Shown here: in pieces, positions 62,113 to 64,000 of the stretch | How the letters are laid out: every line of letters starts with the position of its first letter | Numbering within the stretch: position 1 is the stretch's first letter | Origin: Rebecca billardiae RCC1528 | Lineage: Eukaryota; Protista; Haptophyta | Direction of reading: 5' to 3' | Assembly (NCBI GenBank): GCA_965240325.2 | Contig: OZ251231.1 | Location: 1,488,001 to 1,552,000 of the forward strand | Length of the DNA stretch: 64,000 bases | Made by a program: the position numbers and the translations under genes | Notes under the pieces: model-generated | Seen by the model: only the letters and a program-made list of their open reading frames with translations | Told to the model about the DNA's origin: nothing | Databases searched by the model: none

Positions 62113-64000
62113 TCACCCGTAGAGCTGCGTGTACGGCAGCCCGCCAGACGGCTGGCTGAAGCCGGCGCCGCCGTCCGCCCACGCGTCCCCCCTCGTGTCT
62201 GCGCGCTCGCCAGCCACTCCACCAACGGGCCCGCGTGCGCGCCCCCCAGCATACTCTGCGTATGCAAACGGGTCGTACCCGCCACCGGGCTGCGCGCCGT
62301 CGAGTCCGTCGGCGCCGTCCATCATCCGCATGCCGTCAGGCACGACGTCGTCGACAACCATCGGCCCGAGCAGGCTCCGCGCCCCGAGCCGGCTCGCGAC
62401 CGTCGCGGGCGGCGGCGCGAGGCCGCCGGGCGCGCGCGGGCCAGCCGAGGCCGGCGCCGGCGCGTGGAACAACGTGCCCGTGAGCTTGGCCGGGCGGCGC
62501 GCGTGCTCGGCGCGAGCGGCAAGCGCGTACTGCGCCGCCGCGGCTGAGGCCTCGAGCACCTCCTCCTCCTCCTCCTCCTCGTCATCGCTCGACTCCCCGT
62601 GGTGTCCGGCGCGCGGCGGCCCACTGCGCAAGTTGGGCAGCCAGTCGCCCGCCGCGTCGTCGCCGAGGGCAGCTGCGCTCGCGCGACCGTCGCGCGAGCC
62701 GACCAGGCGCGTCGTCGCGAGGGCGTGCCTCGTGCGTCCACCGTCGTCGCTGTCTGAGCTGAGATGGTCGGCGAGCACGCCGCGTGGCTGGGCGGCAGGC
62801 CCCGCCGCGGGCGCGGGCGCGCGCCGGGCGGATCGTGTCGCCGCGCCGGCCTCAACAACGCCCCTCGCCTTCGCCGCGCGCACCTCGGCCACCTCCGCCG
62901 AGACGAGGCGCAGCTCCTGCTCCAGCTCCGCCTTGGCGGCCGCTTCGGCCGCGAGCTGGCGCCGCAGCCGGTCGAGCGCGAGCTTGGCGCGCCGCTCCTT
63001 CTGCGAGGCCTGCTCGGCAGCCTCGTCCAGCTTCTCACGCAGCACCTCCGCCTCTCCGCGCTCGCGCCGGTCCGGCAGCCTGAGCAGAGTCTGCGCTCGC
63101 CGCGCGCGGGGGGCACGCGATGGAGCGCGCGCGCGTGTGTGGGCAAGAGGCGAGCGAGCGCGAGCGCAGCGGTCGCGACGCTCGCGCGCTCCGAGCGCGC
63201 GGCCGCGCAGCGCGCGCGGCACCTTGGCCTGCTTCTCGAGCGCGCGCTGCTCGCGGCCGAGGCGCGCGGTCTCAGCCTGCCGCCAGGTCTCAAAGTGCGC
63301 GCGGTCGTCCTCCTGCGGCGCGCGGCGGGCGCGGCGGGCGCGAGATGAGACCTCACAGCAAGCCCGCGAGCGCCCACACGCGCAGCGGTCACCACCCGGG
63401 GGACCGGAGCGGCGCGGCGCCGTAGCGGGTGCGCGCAGCCGGCGCGTGCGCGCTCACCAGTGCCTTGGCGGATGCGTCGAGCTGGCGCTCGCGGAGCTCG
63501 AGCTGCTGGTGGTGCCGCCGTGAGCGCTCGCGCGCTCGCACCAGCTTCACGCGCTCACGAGCCATCGCCTCTCGTGTGCGCTCGAGCTCGCGGAGCGCGG
63601 CGTCAGGCGCTGAGGCTGGCTGTGCGCCGGGCTCCGCCTCAGCAGCGCCGCCGTCCGCGCGCGAGTCCGGCGCGTGAGCTCGGCCCGCGGTGGTCGCCGC
63701 GCAGCGAGTCTCACGGCGCGGCGCGGATGCCGCCGTGTGCCGCGGCTTGTGGAAGAGCGTGCTCACCAGCCGCGAGGTGGGCGCATCGGCTGCCGAGGCA
63801 CTCGGCGCGGCACTCGGGCCGGCAGCGCGCTCGCTCGGCGGCGGCTCGCTGGGCGCACCGCGTGCGCGCTCGCCCCGCGACGTCTCGGCGGGCCCCTTCT
63901 CTGGCGAGCTGGGGAGGTGCAGCTGCAGCGAGGTGCACAGCTGGTCCCACCACTGCCCGGTGTCCTCTACCGTCGAGGGCGGCTGCTCAGCGGAGGTGGT
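62113..64000 (-). CDS. Coiled-coil protein resembling the SAS-4/CENPJ central coiled coil; 5' end outside the window; introns 63313-63457 and 63091-63222
   Basis: Spliced FETWRQAETARLGREQRALEKQAKTLLRLPDRRERGEAEVLREKL..KERRAKLALDRLRRQL..ELEQELRLV matches the pattern of the CENPJ coiled coil as I recall it (not aligned). Confidence 0.65.

Noticed and set aside
6421-63457. Introner-like repeated introns
   Set aside because: The introns share composition and splice signals but show no alignable sequence or TSD by eye.
1-64000. Functional gene cluster, either glycosylation (SPPP protein, GH27, GDP-sugar transporter, ALG2) or flagellar (LRR, AK8-like, SAS-4-like, channel)
   Set aside because: These genes are interspersed with unrelated housekeeping genes, and nothing indicates clustering beyond chance.

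Overview
This is very GC-rich eukaryotic nuclear DNA, not prokaryotic. Genes carry short (75-201 bp) GC-rich GT-AG introns. A nuclear gene with a signal peptide plus an 'AEA-F' bipartite plastid-targeting motif, and a EukCat-type single-domain channel, point to an alga with a complex red plastid. A haptophyte, possibly Pavlovales, is my inference. About 24 protein-coding genes can be supported, mostly in compact head-to-head pairs separated by AT-rich islands. They are: a giant minus-strand Ser-Pro3 extensin-like protein that the ORF track missed, HSPA13-like Hsp70, a secreted ATP-grasp protein, a multi-TM unknown, a degenerate kinesin-PH protein, an RlaP-like nucleotidyltransferase, a mitochondrial carrier, a PhyH dioxygenase, an LRR protein, ACBP, an F-box protein, NDH-2, a GH27 alpha-galactosidase, a CaMK-group kinase, an EF-hand membrane protein, a GDP-sugar transporter, a UBE3A-like HECT ligase, RPL34, ALG2, an AK8-like protein, a plastid bPH_2 protein, an ABHD-type hydrolase, mitochondrial EF-Tu, the EukCat channel, PWP1 and a SAS-4-like coiled-coil gene. 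The main hidden structure is a family of non-autonomous elements: three full copies at 10620-12403, 12422-14018 and 19181-21564, plus an orphan end at 8488-8562. They have Helitron2/Helentron-like ends (asymmetric 13-bp inverted repeats and a terminal GACCGCG-GAA-CGCGGTC hairpin), and each carries different cargo: coiled-coil, Cys-rich or PHD-finger relics and tandem repeats. Two of the hairpin ends bracket the ATP-grasp gene. The window also holds a 1.1-kb TIR element with a TGAA target-site duplication, a decayed Mutator-like transposase, and a recurring promoter 11-mer TATGGGGGTAA. No tRNA, rRNA or CRISPR array is supported. All family assignments come from motif recognition by eye; no database searches were run.
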